From: Kocuria flava
GTDB lineage: Bacteria; Actinomycetota; Actinomycetes; Actinomycetales; Micrococcaceae
Assembly: GCF_001482365.1 (NCBI RefSeq)
Contig: NZ_CP013254.1
Coordinates: 370,548 to 394,547, forward strand
Direction: 5' to 3'
DNA: 24,000 nucleotides
The position numbers and the translations under genes were made by a program. The notes under the pieces were generated by a model. The model saw only the letters and a program-made list of their open reading frames with translations. It ran no database searches and was not told the origin of the DNA. Of the stretch, positions 22,674-24,000 are shown piece after piece (position 1 is the stretch's first letter; the number at the start of each line of letters is the position of its first letter).

Positions 22674-23759
22674 TCAGACGCCGGCGGGCACGCGCCCGGG
22701 GGCGGCGGTCTTCTTGCGCGGGGCGATGAACAGCTTGGCGGCCGCCCCGGTGCCGAGGATCATGACGGCGAAGCTCACCCAGCCCTGCCACTCGAACGCG
22801 GCGGTGGCGACCAGGGCGTTGCCGATGGTGCAGCCGCCGGCCCAGGCCGCGCCGACGCCCATGAGGGCGCCGCCGCCGATGGAGCGCACGATCGTCTGCG
22901 CGTCGGGGACGCGCAGCTTGAACTCGCCCGAGCCCTTGGCGGCGACGAACGAGCCGATCAGGATGCCCAGGACCAGGAACACGCCCCAGTCGACGAGCTC
23001 GACGTCGCCGGTGACCAGGTAGTTCGTGATGTTGGCCGAGGGGGTGGTGATGCCCAGGCCGGACTCGCGGCCGGTGGCCCAGCTGGCGGGCCAGGCGATG
23101 ATCGCGATGGCGCCGAGGACGAGCGCGGTCGCGAAGGGGTTCCACGACTTCTCGAACAGCAGGTGGTTGAGGCCGGTCTTCTCCGGGGGGAGGGTCGCGA
23201 ACTTGGCCCGCGGCTTGGTGAGGTGGTGGCGGGCCCACACCCCGGCGACCGCCACGAGGACGAGCACGAGCAGCCACGGGGAGATCCCGAGGGTCTCGTG
23301 GATCGAGCCCTGGGTGCCGACGGTGACCCCGCGCATGGCCTCGGTGGCCCCGGCCAGGGGCCCGTACTTGGACACGGCCGCGAACAGCGCGTAGAAGATC
23401 AGCGCGAACCAGGACCCGACGAGCCCCTCGGAGGCGCGGTAGTAGGTGCCGGTGGCGCAGCCGCCGGCGAGGACGATGCCGAAGCCGAAGATGAAGCCGC
23501 CGACGATCGTGGCCAGCCAGGGGAAGGCGGAGGCCCCGAGGGTGATGACGCCGAGGGCGTCGAGCACCCAGATGCCCACCGCCTGGACGGCGATGGCCAC
23601 GAAGAAGGCGGACAGCCACCACGTGTTCTTCGCGATCCAGACGTCGCGGAACGCGCCGGTGACGCAGAAACGGCCGCGCTGGAGGACGAACCCGAGGGCG
23701 GCACCGATGATCAGACCTGAGATGAGCACCCGGCGACGATAGGCCTCCGCCCCCCGCAC
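22674..23759 (-). CDS. yeeE: YeeE/YedE family inner-membrane sulfur (thiosulfate) transporter, 361 aa
   Basis: Track ORF. The three conserved Cys blocks LQRGRFCVTGAFRD, VLAGGCATGTYYRASEG and WAGGCTIGNALV are present. It is collinear with my memory of E. coli YeeE. The start is GTG 23757-23759. An alternative GTG at 23727-23729 (VLISGLIIG...) matches the E. coli N-terminus better. Confidence 0.85.
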   Translation of the reverse strand: MRGAEAYRRRVLISGLIIGAALGFVLQRGRFCVTGAFRDVWIAKNTWWLSAFFVAIAVQAVGIWVLDALGVITLGASAFPWLATIVGGFIFGFGIVLAGGCATGTYYRASEGLVGSWFALIFYALFAAVSKYGPLAGATEAMRGVTVGTQGSIHETLGISPWLLVLVLVAVAGVWARHHLTKPRAKFATLPPEKTGLNHLLFEKSWNPFATALVLGAIAIIAWPASWATGRESGLGITTPSANITNYLVTGDVELVDWGVFLVLGILIGSFVAAKGSGEFKLRVPDAQTIVRSIGGGALMGVGAAWAGGCTIGNALVATAAFEWQGWVSFAVMILGTGAAAKLFIAPRKKTAAPGRVPAGV

Positions 23760-23830
23760 GACTCCAGCCGGACGTCATGCGACGTAGCACAGTGAGCTGG
23801 GTCGCCGCCAACTGTGACGTCATCGACCGC

Positions 23831-24000
23831 TCAGCCGCGGCCCCCTCCGGCCTGGGGGACGATCGCCCAGGGACCGTCGGCCTCGACGACCACCCACACG
23901 TCCGCGTCCGGCAGGGTCGTGGCCCGCTCCACGGCGCCGATCTCGTTGACGAGCAGGTCGCCGTGGTGCTCGTCGTCCGGGCGCACCGGGCGGGTGGTCA
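23831..24000 (-). CDS. Hypothetical protein, C-terminal 55 aa (gene continues beyond the right edge)
   Basis: My reverse-strand translation reads ...TTRPVRPDDEHHGDLLVNEIGAVERATTLPDADVWVVVEADGPWAIVPQAGGGRG, ending at TGA (23831-23833). 53 of 55 codons end in G/C. It is not in the ORF track because it is truncated. No family was recognised. Confidence 0.45.
   Translation of the reverse strand, partial: TTRPVRPDDEHHGDLLVNEIGAVERATTLPDADVWVVVEADGPWAIVPQAGGGRG

Noticed and set aside
22411-23823. 470-aa minus ORF and 354-aa plus ORF (22656-23720) across the yeeE region.
   Set aside because: Only the last 75 aa of the minus ORF (TusA-like) are real. The rest are shadow frames of yeeE.
23811-23825. 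CRP/GlxR-like site (TGTGA-N6-TCACA) at TGTGACGTCATCGAC.
   Set aside because: Only the left half-site matches. The right half (CGACC) does not.
1-24000. Search for mobile elements, CRISPR arrays, tRNA/rRNA genes, toxin-antitoxin pairs or defence-system signatures.
   Set aside because: I found no terminal inverted repeats flanking a transposase-like ORF and no regularly spaced identical repeats. I found no cloverleaf-like sequences. No ATPase, nuclease, methylase or reverse-transcriptase-like translations appear in any frame. Apart from short operators, the composition is uniform.

Overview
This is a high-GC (about 72% by eye) actinobacterial chromosome segment. The gene content looks Micrococcales-like, but that taxon call is inference. 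The window is densely coding. I saw no transposase or IS, integrase, phage gene, CRISPR array, tRNA or rRNA.

Gene order:
- azlD (partial), azlC and a GH15 glycosidase on the minus strand, joined by 4-nt overlaps.
- A divergent csoR-copZ-copA copper operon with a clear operator/promoter.
- Three small uncharacterised minus-strand genes: an acidic 63-aa protein, a 2-TM protein and a multi-TM protein.
- pdxR divergent from pdxS-pdxT, with a triple repeat in the spacer.
- Two tandem-USP genes, a MATE efflux gene and an S4-domain gene, all on the minus strand.
- An orphan amino-acid-type solute-binding lipoprotein on the plus strand.
- A putrescine module: a PatD-like aldehyde dehydrogenase (-), a TetR regulator (+), and putrescine oxidase coupled by an ATGA overlap to an unusual USP::APC permease fusion (-).
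- yeeE-yeeD (thiosulfate/sulfur carrier pair), then a partial CDS at the right edge.

Many long ORFs in the supplied track are Arg/Pro/Gly-rich shadow frames of real genes and were rejected.

I do not see a recognisable defence-type or otherwise obviously new multi-gene system. The best candidates for undescribed biology are:
1. A 17-18 bp AT-rich palindrome (AATGAA-N5-TTCATT) present only upstream of puo and upstream of the aldehyde dehydrogenase. It probably defines the TetR regulon.
2. The N-terminal tandem-USP::APC permease fusion, translationally coupled to putrescine oxidase.
3. The GGTGGACC triple box in the pdxR/pdxS spacer.
4. A GC-rich element (CCCGCCCCT..CGCGGGATCCC) that directly abuts the stop codons of two unrelated genes and forms a long inverted repeat at one of them.
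5. A 170-nt 'intergenic' stretch with strict codon-like periodicity next to the orphan binding protein.

All functional calls come from reading the translations and remembering family motifs. No database search was run.
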